Source of the DNA: Luteibacter sp.
GTDB taxonomy: Bacteria; Pseudomonadota; Gammaproteobacteria; Xanthomonadales; Rhodanobacteraceae
Assembly: GCA_035603855.1 (NCBI GenBank)
Contig: DATNJP010000440.1
Span: 1-40,544 of the forward strand
Direction of reading: 5' to 3'
DNA: 40,544 nucleotides
A program made the translations under genes and the position numbers. Below, piece by piece: positions 1 through 9,035 of the stretch; within the stretch, counting starts at the first letter, position 1, and each line of letters starts with the position of its first letter. The notes beneath the pieces are model-generated. The model did no database searches. It was not told where the DNA came from and saw only the letters and a program-made list of their open reading frames with translations.

Positions 1-1639
1 CGCCGAAGTAGCCTTGCTCCGAGCCTTGGGCACACCTCGGCGACGCGTGGCGGCACTGCTGGTCATGACGCTCGCGGCGCTCGCCGTGCCGGCCGCCGTG
101 CTCGGCATGGCCATCTCGTTGGGACTGGCACAGGGCGCGTGGTATTTCGCCAGCCAGTTGTTCGACAACATCCCGACGACGCTGCCGCTGGGCCCGGCAT
201 TCGCCGCGGCCGCCATGGGCCTCGCCGTACTTGCCGGCTTCGCCCTGCCCCCACTCGTGCGCCTCGCCGAGGTGCCTCCGGTGGCGGTGTTCCGCGAATC
301 GATGCAACGTCGCGTGCGCCGCTTTGACGTGCTGTACCTCGTGCCCCTCGTGACGGCCATCGCACTGGTCTGGGTGCAGAGCGATTCCGCGAAACTGGCA
401 GGCATCCTCGCCGCCAGCCTCGCCGGTGTAGCCGTCGTCGCCGCCCTGCTTTCGGCGGTGCTCCTGGTGATCGCGCGACGCGTCGCTCCCGGCGCCCACC
501 CGGCGCTGCGGCTTGGGCTCGCGGCGCTCGCGCGTCGACGCGGACTGTCGCTGATCCAGGCCACCGCGTTGTCGCTGGGACTGTGCGCCCTGCTGCTGCT
601 CGCCGTCATCGCGCCTTCGCTGCTCGAAGGCTGGCGCCGCGAGCTGCCGGCGGATACGCCGAACTGGTTCGCGCTGAACCTCCAGGACGACCAGCGCGAG
701 GCATTCTCACGCGCGCTCGAACACATGGGCGCGACGCGGACCAACATGATGCCGCTCGCCGTGGGCAAGCTCACCGCCATCAACGGCAAGTCGATCGACA
801 GCATCGCCTTCGGCAACGACGACGCGAAGGATTCCGCCGACCGCCAGCTGCGGCTGTCGTGGGCGGCGGACCTGCCGCCGTCGAACGAAGTCGTCGCCGG
901 CCGTTGGGCGGGAGCTTCGCCGGCGCAGGCCGAAGTCTCGGTCGACACTTCCTGGCGTGACCGCTTCCACCTGAGGCTTGGCGACACGCTGAGTTTCGAA
1001 GTGGGTGAAGGAACACTGGATGCGCGCGTGAGCAGCGTCCGCAAGGTCGACTGGAGTTCGTTCCGGGTCAACTTCTTCCTGATGCTGGATCCAGCGCACG
1101 CGAGCGAGCTGCAGCATACCTGGCTCACCAGTTTCTACCTGCCGCGCGGCCACGCCGATGACCTCGGGAAGATCTCGCGCGACTACGGCAATCTCAGCCT
1201 GATCGACGTCGACGCCTTGCTGGACCGTGTTCGCGAAATCGTCGACCGTGTCGGCGGCGCCGTTCGCTGGGTGCTCGGCTTCAGCCTCCTCGCCGGTGCG
1301 CTGGTGCTGGCCGCGGCGTTGGCCGCGAGTGCGCAGGAACGCCGCAAGGAAGCCGCCTTGTTGCGCACGCTGGGTGCCACGCGCGCCCAGTTGCGCGCGG
1401 CGGCGGCTTGCGAGTTCGCGTTGCTGGGCCTGGTCGCGGGACTCACCGCGGCGCTGGGTGCGACGGGCGCGGGTATCTGGCTGGGCAACGCGGTGTTCCG
1501 CATCGAGCACTTCGTGCCGCCGCTATGGCCGCTGGTCGGAGCGGCGGCGCTGGCAGCGCTGGTAGTGATGATCATCGGCCTGTTCGGCACGCGGCGCGTG
1601 TTGCGGACCTCGCCGATGGCGTTGCTGCGGGAAGGTTGA
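1..1639 (+). CDS. ABC transporter permease, YbbP/FtsX-repeat family (5' truncated by window)
   Basis: Two FtsX-like 'ALLRxLGA' segments, 'PNWFALNLQ', 'VRKVDWSSFRVNFF' typical of YbbP-like permeases; frame is open at the window edge. Confidence 0.85.
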   Translation, partial: AEVALLRALGTPRRRVAALLVMTLAALAVPAAVLGMAISLGLAQGAWYFASQLFDNIPTTLPLGPAFAAAAMGLAVLAGFALPPLVRLAEVPPVAVFRESMQRRVRRFDVLYLVPLVTAIALVWVQSDSAKLAGILAASLAGVAVVAALLSAVLLVIARRVAPGAHPALRLGLAALARRRGLSLIQATALSLGLCALLLLAVIAPSLLEGWRRELPADTPNWFALNLQDDQREAFSRALEHMGATRTNMMPLAVGKLTAINGKSIDSIAFGNDDAKDSADRQLRLSWAADLPPSNEVVAGRWAGASPAQAEVSVDTSWRDRFHLRLGDTLSFEVGEGTLDARVSSVRKVDWSSFRVNFFLMLDPAHASELQHTWLTSFYLPRGHADDLGKISRDYGNLSLIDVDALLDRVREIVDRVGGAVRWVLGFSLLAGALVLAAALAASAQERRKEAALLRTLGATRAQLRAAAACEFALLGLVAGLTAALGATGAGIWLGNAVFRIEHFVPPLWPLVGAAALAALVVMIIGLFGTRRVLRTSPMALLREG

Positions 1640-1643
1640 GGGC

Positions 1644-2117
1644 TCAGCCGCCCAGGTGCATGTCCAGCGCCATCACGATCGCGTCCTCCCGGCCGCCCTT
1701 GGCCGGGTAGTACGACGGGCGGCGGCCGATCTCGAGGAAACCCAGCGAATCGTAGAGTTCCTTCGCCACCGGGTTGGATGGCCGCACTTCGAGGAAGATG
1801 CGTTCCGCCCCGTACCAGCGGGCAAGGTCGATCAGGCGGCGCATCATCCGCCGCCCGTAGCCGAGCCCGCGATGCGCGTTGCCGATGCAGACATTCAGGA
1901 CATGGGCCTCGCCGGCGGCCACGGACAGGATGCCGTACCCGGCCACCTCGCCCTCGTGCACCAGCACCCAGCAGTTGTGCCCGGCCTGCATGCAATCGCG
2001 GAAGATGCCGGCGCTCCACGGAAACTCGTAGGAGGCGTGCTCGATCGCGACGACCGCGTCGAGATCCTCGCGACGCATCGCGCGTACTTCGGTGGACGGG
2101 CGGGCCACGGCGACCAT
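1644..2117 (-). CDS. rimI: Ribosomal protein S18 alanine N-acetyltransferase
   Basis: GNAT motifs 'IEHASYEFPWS', 'HRGLGYGR', 'FLEVRPSN', 'GRRPSYY', 'REDAIVM'; start set at ATG 2117. Confidence 0.93.
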   Translation of the reverse strand: MVAVARPSTEVRAMRREDLDAVVAIEHASYEFPWSAGIFRDCMQAGHNCWVLVHEGEVAGYGILSVAAGEAHVLNVCIGNAHRGLGYGRRMMRRLIDLARWYGAERIFLEVRPSNPVAKELYDSLGFLEIGRRPSYYPAKGGREDAIVMALDMHLGG

Positions 2118-2121
2118 GGGT

Positions 2122-2586
2122 TCAGCCTCCGCGCAGCGCACGTCCAAGGGTGCGCAGTCCATTCCAGAGACGGCGCTTCGCCGCCGCGTCGGTGAGAATC
2201 GCGCCTGGGGGATCCACCAGGACGATCTGCGCCGCGCTCATCACCGCCGCCGGCAATTCGTGGCCCAGGGCACGCGCCTGCGCCTCGCCGAAGACGAGAT
2301 AGGCGGCGGCCACGGGCACCTGTCCCAGGCCACGCTCGCCGACTTCGAGGCGAGCGGCACGCCCGGTGACGGGACCGGATGCGCGCAAGGCACGGCCCAG
2401 GAGTTCAAGCTCACGCTCGCTGGATCCGGCCGGCAGGATCACGACGCAGGACATCCGTTCACCCGACACGGGATCGTTGGGGGGGGCGTCACCCGGCACG
2501 GGCGCCGACTCGCCCGCACGCAGGCGCCAGGGTATGACACCCATGGCCCTGAGCAGGCGCTGGCGGCGTTCGGGCAGGGCGGCCAT
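2122..2586 (-). CDS. HolD-like protein (putative DNA polymerase III psi subunit)
   Basis: 154 aa from ATG 2586; N-terminal 'RRQRLLRAMGVIPWRLR' and C-terminal 'AAAKRRLWNGL' resemble psi-subunit motifs; directly upstream of rimI like enterobacterial holD. Confidence 0.6.
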   Translation of the reverse strand: MAALPERRQRLLRAMGVIPWRLRAGESAPVPGDAPPNDPVSGERMSCVVILPAGSSERELELLGRALRASGPVTGRAARLEVGERGLGQVPVAAAYLVFGEAQARALGHELPAAVMSAAQIVLVDPPGAILTDAAAKRRLWNGLRTLGRALRGG

Positions 2587-2591
2587 CCTGC

Positions 2592-3377
2592 TTACTCCGG
2601 GGCCTTCGCGTGCCGGCGTGCGCGCCGGCGATGGGTGGCGCGACCCCAGAGGGTCATCACCGGACCGGAAACGGTGTAGATCACGGCGACGGCGAACAGC
2701 ACGCGGGCGGTGTCGATCAGCAGCAGCACGACGATCAGGACGGCGGCGATCAGCCAGATGAAGGGAACGCGGTCGCCCTTGGGCCATGCCTTGAAGCTGT
2801 AGTAGCGGACGTTGCTGACCATCAGCAGGCCGGCGATCACGGCCAGCGGCATGGCGAAGAACGCCACCGAAGGACCAGGGATATCGAACTTTTCCATGGT
2901 CCAGACGAAGGACATGCACAGGCCGGCCGCAGCCGGGCTGGCAAGACCCTGGAAATAGCGTTTGTCGGCCACGCCCACCTGGGTATTGAAGCGGGCCAGG
3001 CGCAACGCCGCGCACACGGCATAGATGAAGGCCGCGGCCCAGCCGATCTTGCCCCAGACGGGGCCATAGGCCACCAGGGACGACAACGCCCAGGTGTACA
3101 TGACCAGGGCGGGTGCGAGGCCGAAACTGACCAGGTCCGACAGCGAGTCGTACTGCACGCCGAATTCGCTCTGCGTATTGGTCAGGCGCGCGACGCGCCC
3201 GTCCATGCCGTCGAGGATGCCCGCCACGAACACGGCCAGGGCGGCCACGGCATAGTGCCCACCGATCGCGGACACGATCGCGTAGAAACCGGCGAACATG
3301 GCGCCCGTCGTGAACAGGTTCGGAAGCAGGTAGATACCGCGGTGGCGCGGCCCCCGGACTTGGATCGGATCGCTCAT
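2592..3377 (-). CDS. pssA: CDP-diacylglycerol--serine O-phosphatidyltransferase (type II)
   Basis: 'GIYLLPNLFT', CDP-alcohol phosphotransferase motif 'DGMDGRVAR...FGVQYDSLSD', 'LRLARFN'. Confidence 0.93.
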   Translation of the reverse strand: MSDPIQVRGPRHRGIYLLPNLFTTGAMFAGFYAIVSAIGGHYAVAALAVFVAGILDGMDGRVARLTNTQSEFGVQYDSLSDLVSFGLAPALVMYTWALSSLVAYGPVWGKIGWAAAFIYAVCAALRLARFNTQVGVADKRYFQGLASPAAAGLCMSFVWTMEKFDIPGPSVAFFAMPLAVIAGLLMVSNVRYYSFKAWPKGDRVPFIWLIAAVLIVVLLLIDTARVLFAVAVIYTVSGPVMTLWGRATHRRRARRHAKAPE

Positions 3378-3554
3378 GGGCCATTCCGTGACATGGGCCG
3401 ACAGTGTAGCCCACGCGCCGTGAAGCGTCAGTCGGACGGGCTTCGACCGGACTCCGTGCCGGCCATGGCAGGAACCGCGACCCAGGTCGCTTGCGCGGTG
3501 TCCCAACGGGTGATACTTGTTTCCGCCACTCATCCAGCCTGCCGGAAAGCCCAC

Positions 3555-3983
3555 ATGCGCCGTTGCCTCGTTCTCGCACTCCTCGTGTCGGTTTGTCCCC
3601 TGGCCTTTGCCCAGGCCTATAAATGGAAGGACGCCCAGGGCGTCACCCACTACGCCGACGCACCGCCGCCGGGCGGCACCAAGTACGAGAAAGTGAAGAC
3701 CTCCGGCACCGTCGAGGCCCCGGCTCCCGCCCCCACGCCGGCCCCGGATGCCACGGCCACAACGGCCAACACCGGCACCAAGGCCACGGCTGCGAACGAT
3801 GACACGCCGGCCAACCGGCAAAAGCTGTGCGACCAGTTGCGCAAGAACATGGACATCCTCAACAACGAAAAAGTCGTCACCATGGATGACGGAAAGGGCG
3901 GCATCAAGCAGGTGGACGATGCCACCCGCCAGAACCAGATCAAGACGGCCCAGGCGCAGATGACTCTGTACTGCCCCAGCTAA
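3555..3983 (+). CDS. DUF4124 domain secreted protein
   Basis: Signal peptide then 'YKWKDAQGVTHYADAPP', Pro/Ala/Thr linker, C-terminal helical region with two Cys. Confidence 0.85.
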   Translation: MRRCLVLALLVSVCPLAFAQAYKWKDAQGVTHYADAPPPGGTKYEKVKTSGTVEAPAPAPTPAPDATATTANTGTKATAANDDTPANRQKLCDQLRKNMDILNNEKVVTMDDGKGGIKQVDDATRQNQIKTAQAQMTLYCPS

Positions 3984-3987
3984 CCCC

Positions 3988-3993
3988 TATAAT
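3988..3993 (+). promoter_or_regulatory. Putative sigma-70 -10 element for proS
   Basis: Perfect TATAAT in the 39-bp gap upstream of the proS ATG, in high-GC DNA. Confidence 0.55.
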
Positions 3994-4022
3994 CCCGTCT
4001 TTACCGTCGGGATTGCTCGCAG

Positions 4023-5720
4023 ATGCGCCTCAGCAACTTTCACCTCGCCACCGTCAAGGAAGTCCCCGCCGACGCGGAAGTCGTCAGCCACCAGCTGATG
4101 CTGCGCGCGGGCATGATCCGCAAACTCGCCTCGGGCCTGTACACCTGGAGCCCGCTGGGCCTGCGCGTGCTGCGCAAGGTCGAGGCCGTGGTCCGCGAGG
4201 AAATGGTCCGGGCCGGCGCCGTGGAAATGCTGATGCCGTCGGTCCAGCCGCGCGAGCTCTGGGAAGAAAGCGGCCGATGGGAGAAATTCGGCGACCAGCT
4301 GCTGAAGATCAAGGACCGCAAGGAACAGGACTTCTGCTACGGCCCCACGCATGAGGAAGTCATCACCGACTTCGCGCGCAACGAGCTGAAGAGCTACAAG
4401 CAGCTGCCGCTCAACTTCTTCCAGATCCAGACCAAGTTCCGCGACGAGATCCGTCCGCGTTTCGGCGTGATGCGCGCGCGCGAGTTCCTCATGAAGGACG
4501 CGTACTCGTTCCACCTCGACCAGGCGTCGCTCGCCGATACCTACAAGGTGATGTACGAGGCCTACTCGCGCATCTTCGAGCGCCTTGGCCTCGAGTTCCG
4601 CGCGGTGGACGCGGACACGGGTGCCATCGGTGGCAGCGCCAGCCACGAATTCCAGGTGCTTGCCGATTCCGGCGAAGACGCGATCGCCTTCTCCGACGGC
4701 TCCGCGTACGCCGCCAATATCGAACTGGCCGAAGCGGTCGCGCCGGCCGTCGAGCGCCCTGCCCCGTCGGCACAGCTGACCCGCGTCGATACGCCGACGC
4801 AGCGGACGATCGACGAGGTCAGTGCCTTCCTTGGCGTTCCCGCCTCGCAGGTGGTGAAGACCATCCTGGTGCGCGGACGCGAAGGCCTCGTGGCCCTGTG
4901 CGTGCGCGGCGACCACGAACTCAACGAAGTGAAGGCCGCCCACCTGCCGGAACTGCCCGACGAATCCGAGCTGGCCAGCGAAGAGGAAATCCTCGCGGCC
5001 ACCGGCACGCGCCCGGGCTTCATTGGTCCGGTCGGCCTGCCCGAGTCCATTCCCGTCATCGTGGACCGCAGCGCCGCCGTACTCGCGGACTTCGTGTGTG
5101 GCGGCAACCAGGACGGCACCCACTACACGGGCGCCAACTGGCAGCGCGACGCGCGGATCAACCGCGTGGCCGATATCCGAAAGGTGGTCGACGGCGATGC
5201 CTCGCCCGATGGCAAGGGCACCATCCGCCTCGCCCGCGGCATCGAAGTGGGCCACATCTTCCAGCTCGGCCAGAAATACGCCGAAGCGCTGGGCGCGGGC
5301 GTGCTCGACGACCAGGGCAAGATGCGCACGATGTACATGGGTTGCTATGGCATTGGCGTCAGCCGCATCGTGGCCGCCGCCATCGAGCAGCGCAACGACG
5401 ACGCGGGCATGATCTGGACCGACGCCATGGCGCCCTGGCGCGTGGCGGTCTGCGTCATCAATCCGAAGAACGACGTGGCCGTGGCGGAAGCCGCCGAGTC
5501 GCTCTACCAGCAGCTGTCGGCTGCCGGCATCGAAACCGTCCTCGACGATCGCGGCCTGCGTCCCGGCCCGATGTTCGCGGACATGGAACTGATCGGTATC
5601 CCGCACCGCGTGGTGGTGAGCGGCCGTGGCCTCGAAGCCGGCACGTTCGAATACCGCGCCCGCACGGACAGCGAAGCCCGCAACGTCAGCAAGGATGAGC
5701 TGTTCGCCGTGCTGGCCTGA
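4023..5720 (+). CDS. proS: Proline--tRNA ligase (bacterial type with editing insertion)
   Basis: '[11 protein letters not shown]', 'YGPTHEE', motif 2 '[25 protein letters not shown]', '[11 protein letters not shown]', motif 3 '[10 protein letters not shown]'. Confidence 0.98.
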   Translation: MRLSNFHLATVKEVPADAEVVSHQLMLRAGMIRKLASGLYTWSPLGLRVLRKVEAVVREEMVRAGAVEMLMPSVQPRELWEESGRWEKFGDQLLKIKDRKEQDFCYGPTHEEVITDFARNELKSYKQLPLNFFQIQTKFRDEIRPRFGVMRAREFLMKDAYSFHLDQASLADTYKVMYEAYSRIFERLGLEFRAVDADTGAIGGSASHEFQVLADSGEDAIAFSDGSAYAANIELAEAVAPAVERPAPSAQLTRVDTPTQRTIDEVSAFLGVPASQVVKTILVRGREGLVALCVRGDHELNEVKAAHLPELPDESELASEEEILAATGTRPGFIGPVGLPESIPVIVDRSAAVLADFVCGGNQDGTHYTGANWQRDARINRVADIRKVVDGDASPDGKGTIRLARGIEVGHIFQLGQKYAEALGAGVLDDQGKMRTMYMGCYGIGVSRIVAAAIEQRNDDAGMIWTDAMAPWRVAVCVINPKNDVAVAEAAESLYQQLSAAGIETVLDDRGLRPGPMFADMELIGIPHRVVVSGRGLEAGTFEYRARTDSEARNVSKDELFAVLA

Positions 5721-5733
5721 TACCCCTGCAATC

Positions 5734-5766
5734 GTCGCAGGAGCGCACGAGGCGCGCTCCTGCGAC
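5734..5766. repeat. 13-bp stem hairpin between convergent genes (REP-like / terminator)
   Basis: GTCGCAGGAGCGC-acgaggc-GCGCTCCTGCGAC followed by TTT; related to the element at 7270-7296. Confidence 0.65.
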
Positions 5767-5779
5767 TTTATCCTCGCTG

Positions 5780-6700
5780 TCAGTTGCCCACGGCGCTGTT
5801 GATCGCAGCGGCGTAATCCGCCGATGTACGACCTGCGGTCGAGCACGCCTGGATATCGTCGTACAGCCACATGAAGCCGCCGGGGATATTCGCGCTCACC
5901 TTCCACGCGGACATCTTCGCGTGCACGGATGACGGATCGTCGCCCGCCGAGCAACCGGTGCCGTGACGCGACCACAGCCCGGGTTCCACCGCCATGCCCA
6001 ATGCCTGGGACCATGCCGCCGGATCGTTACCGGTGCCGCCGTCGTAATCCTGCAGGTACACGCGATCGACGCTCGTGCCGAGGTTGTTCTTCAGGTCGAC
6101 CCAGAACGTGCGATTGGTATACGGCACGAAGGTGATCTTGTAGCCGAGCCCCGCGAGCATCTGCCCGAAAGCGGTCGCCGAGGGAAGGTCATAGTCGCTT
6201 TCGTCGTCGAAGTTGGCCGCATCGGCACCGGTCAGCGACTTCAGCAACTTGAAGTTCTTGTAGAGGATGCTGTCCGGCCCGGTGCCCGTGCCCGGACCCG
6301 TCCCGTTGATCAGCGCCTGGATGCGCTCGAAATCGGGCACGCCGCCCGAGCCGATCGACACCTCGATGCGCTTGACCGAGGTCGGGGCCTGCTTCAGCGT
6401 CTTGAGCTGGTTGGACCAGTTGGTATTGGTGCCGACGAATGCGCCATTGGAAATCAGCGCCTGGTCGTTGAGGTGAAGGTCGCCATTCGCATCCACGTGG
6501 ATGCTCCAGAGCATGACGGTGGTGAACCCCGACGCCTTGAGGTCGTTCATCACGGCCGTCCCGCCGCTATAGAACGGACCCCCGCCATAAATCGCCGAAT
6601 CGGCGCTCACCGCTGAGCTGAGGCCGACGGCACCGAGCAGTGCGGCAAGGAGTACGGCACGACGCTTTCCGTTATTGATTATGGTCATAATGGTTCTCAT
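5780..6700 (-). CDS. Secreted GH18-like (TIM barrel) glycoside hydrolase homologue; start may be 6700 or 6688
   Basis: Signal peptide ending 'AVSA'; 'IEVSIGS' (SxGG-like), 'ADAANFDDE' (DxxDxDxE-like), 'VYLQDYDG', terminal 'GGFMW'. Confidence 0.6.
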   Translation of the reverse strand: MRTIMTIINNGKRRAVLLAALLGAVGLSSAVSADSAIYGGGPFYSGGTAVMNDLKASGFTTVMLWSIHVDANGDLHLNDQALISNGAFVGTNTNWSNQLKTLKQAPTSVKRIEVSIGSGGVPDFERIQALINGTGPGTGTGPDSILYKNFKLLKSLTGADAANFDDESDYDLPSATAFGQMLAGLGYKITFVPYTNRTFWVDLKNNLGTSVDRVYLQDYDGGTGNDPAAWSQALGMAVEPGLWSRHGTGCSAGDDPSSVHAKMSAWKVSANIPGGFMWLYDDIQACSTAGRTSADYAAAINSAVGN

Positions 6701-6778
6701 CCGATTGAGTTCACCCGTTCGATGGAACGGGAAGCCATGACATAAACGCGTTAGCCTTTATCCTTCCCGGGCAGTAAG

Positions 6779-6795
6779 GCTAATCTGATATTAGC
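6779..6795. promoter_or_regulatory. Inverted repeat with T-N11-A core in divergent promoter region
   Basis: GCTAAT-ctgat-ATTAGC. Confidence 0.35.
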
Positions 6796-6937
6796 GCCCG
6801 GCTCGTTCGAACGTCGCCCAATTCGCTGCCATTATTTCGCCAATTGGGTCACACTTCGGGCTTGTTCGCATTATCACGCGAGCAGTCGGTCCAAGGCAGG
6901 ACCGATATTCTGTAATTGAACCAACCGGAGAAAAACC

Positions 6938-7261
6938 ATGGCCGTCGATATAAAGAACCTCAACCACAATCAGCTGAACGAGCTGATCTCCAAGGCGCAG
7001 ACCCGCCAGAACGAATTGCGCAAGGAAAAGGTTTCCAAACTGCGCGAGAAAATCAATGCGCTGATCAAGGCCGAGGGATTCACATTCGACGACGTATTCG
7101 GTGCGCGCGCCCCGAAATCCAAGCGTGCCGGCACCACCGTGGCCGCCAAATACCGTAATCCCGACGATGCCGAGCAGACCTGGTCGGGCCGCGGTAAGCG
7201 CCCGCGCTGGTTCAACGATGCGTTGAAGGCCGGCAAGAAAGAAAAAGACATGCTTATCTGA
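6938..7261 (+). CDS. hns: H-NS family nucleoid-associated protein
   Basis: Coiled-coil N-terminus; DNA-binding motif 'KYRNP...TWSGRGKRPRW'; GGAG ribosome-binding site upstream. Confidence 0.92.
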   Translation: MAVDIKNLNHNQLNELISKAQTRQNELRKEKVSKLREKINALIKAEGFTFDDVFGARAPKSKRAGTTVAAKYRNPDDAEQTWSGRGKRPRWFNDALKAGKKEKDMLI

Positions 7262-7269
7262 GTTATTAC

Positions 7270-7296
7270 GTAGGGGCGCGCCCTGCGCGCTCCTAC
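7270..7296. repeat. GTAG-type REP-like palindrome between convergent genes
   Basis: GTAGGGGCGCG-ccctg-CGCGCTCCTAC (one G.T pair), GTAG/CTAC ends. Confidence 0.6.
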
Positions 7297-7302
7297 CGTT
7301 AT

Positions 7303-8589
7303 TCAGAGGGATCGGCGCGGGGCGACGATCAAATCACCGAAAAGCAGCCCTGCAACCAGCGATACCAGCAACGTAACCCCTAATAGACCGGTATCGATGC
7401 CCAGCGAGGCGTCGCGATCCAGCAGATACGACACGCTTCGAAAGCTGACGGAACCCGGCACCAGCAGGATGATGCCGGGCTCGCGCACGATGGCGCCCGG
7501 CTTCTGCGCGTAACGCGCGTAGACATTGCTGAGCGATCCCAGCAGCAGGCCGCCGACGAACACGCCGAACGGCGCCCCCGGCAATGAGCCGGCGATCCTG
7601 CCGCCCCAACGGGTGGCGAGGTAGCCGAGCACCACCGCGCCCATCACGATCAGCCAGTCGCGTCGCGCGGCACGGAACAGGATGGCGAACGAGAACGCAC
7701 CCAGGATCAACGACGGCCAGTCGGCCCATTCGGGTAGCGGCGGCAGCGCGTAGTTGCGCGGCACGATACCAAAGGCCTCGCACAGCTGGCTCGCCGCGAC
7801 GGTGCCAAAAGTCAGCTTGAGCAGGGTCGCGATGGCGCCGCCCATGCGGGCGACGCCGGAGACGAGATGCTGGCTGGAAATCTCACGGACCGCCGTGGTC
7901 AGCGCCATGCCGGGCAGCAGGACGATGAGGCTGCCGAGGATCACCGACTTCAGCGCCAGCGGCACGACATAGGCGCTGACGACCGTCGCGATGATGGTCG
8001 CGACCAGCGCGCTGATCGCCTCGCTGGCCGCCGCGAGCCTCGGACGGCTGCCCGAGGCGACGGTGATCAGGCCGATGATCACGCCGATGACGCCGGCCGT
8101 GATCAGGTCGGGCCACGCGCTATGCAGCAGCAGCGCCACGACACTGGCGGCGCAGAGGCCGTAACTGGCGATGACGCCCAGTTCCGCACGGAAAGTCTCC
8201 GGTGAGCCGAGTTTGCGCAGCAGGTGGAATCCTTCGCGCAATTCCATCTTGCCGTCGATCACCGCGTCGGCGATGCGGTCGGCCTCGCTCAGGCGGCCGA
8301 GATTCACGTCGCCCGGCGGAAGGCGCATCACCTGGGTGACCTGCGCCACGCTTTCTTCGCCCTGCCCCAGGTCGGCGAACGAGACGATGATCGCCGTGGG
8401 GCTCGACCAGACTTCCGCGGACAAGCCGAGACGCTGGGCGGACTTGCCGATGGCGGTTTCGAGTCGCGGCGCGGTGGTGCCGTACTGATGCAGCCGACGC
8501 GCCAGTTCGGTGAGGAAGGCGATGCGGGTATTGATCGCCGTGGTGGCGAAGCTCACCGGGACGGTCAGCGGCGCGGCTTCAGCCAACAT
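7303..8589 (-). CDS. Threonine/serine exporter family (ThrE) membrane protein
   Basis: 'LARRLHQYGTTAPRLE', 'LLPGMALTTAVREI', 'PGIILLVPG'; about 10 hydrophobic segments. Confidence 0.88.
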   Translation of the reverse strand: MLAEAAPLTVPVSFATTAINTRIAFLTELARRLHQYGTTAPRLETAIGKSAQRLGLSAEVWSSPTAIIVSFADLGQGEESVAQVTQVMRLPPGDVNLGRLSEADRIADAVIDGKMELREGFHLLRKLGSPETFRAELGVIASYGLCAASVVALLLHSAWPDLITAGVIGVIIGLITVASGSRPRLAAASEAISALVATIIATVVSAYVVPLALKSVILGSLIVLLPGMALTTAVREISSQHLVSGVARMGGAIATLLKLTFGTVAASQLCEAFGIVPRNYALPPLPEWADWPSLILGAFSFAILFRAARRDWLIVMGAVVLGYLATRWGGRIAGSLPGAPFGVFVGGLLLGSLSNVYARYAQKPGAIVREPGIILLVPGSVSFRSVSYLLDRDASLGIDTGLLGVTLLVSLVAGLLFGDLIVAPRRSL

Positions 8590-9031
8590 CCACCGCCTTC
8601 ACGCGCAGGGTCGTGCCGTCGATGCCCACCACTTCCACCGTGGCGCCGAGCGGAAGATCCGGGCCATTGACCAGCCACATGCCATCGCCGACTTTCGCCT
8701 TGCCACGCCCGTTGACGATGGCCTCGCACAACGGGAAACGCTGGCCGATCAACTGTTCGCCGCGGCGGTTCAGGCGTTCGTTGCCGGCAGGAATGCGCTC
8801 CAGCCGCGGGCGCACCACCTTCCAGTAGACGAAGCAGGAAACGAACGCGAACAGGGCGAAGACGATCGCCTGGGCCAGGGCGCCGAGATCAGGCAACAGG
8901 AGCAGCACCGCGCCCATGGCGGCAGCCGCGATGCCGATCCACAGCATGAAGTAACCCGGCAGGATCACCTCGCCGCCGATGAGCAGCAAGGCGACGATCC
9001 ACCAGAGGTAGTGCATGGCGATACCGTCCAT
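8579..9031 (-). CDS. NfeD family (YbbJ-like) membrane protein
   Basis: 'WWIVALLLIGGEVILPG', 'LNRRGEQLIG', OB-fold 'GRGKAKVGDGMW'; adjacent to SPFH gene; start 9031 or 9016. Confidence 0.9.
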   Translation of the reverse strand: MDGIAMHYLWWIVALLLIGGEVILPGYFMLWIGIAAAAMGAVLLLLPDLGALAQAIVFALFAFVSCFVYWKVVRPRLERIPAGNERLNRRGEQLIGQRFPLCEAIVNGRGKAKVGDGMWLVNGPDLPLGATVEVVGIDGTTLRVKAVDVG

Positions 9032-9035
9032 GGCG

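Noticed and set aside
2587-3579. Long N-terminal extensions of the HolD-like, PssA and DUF4124 ORFs
   Set aside because: Open-frame run-ons overlapping real genes; family motifs begin at the downstream starts chosen
3987-6014. 675-aa minus-strand ORF
   Set aside because: Antisense shadow of proS
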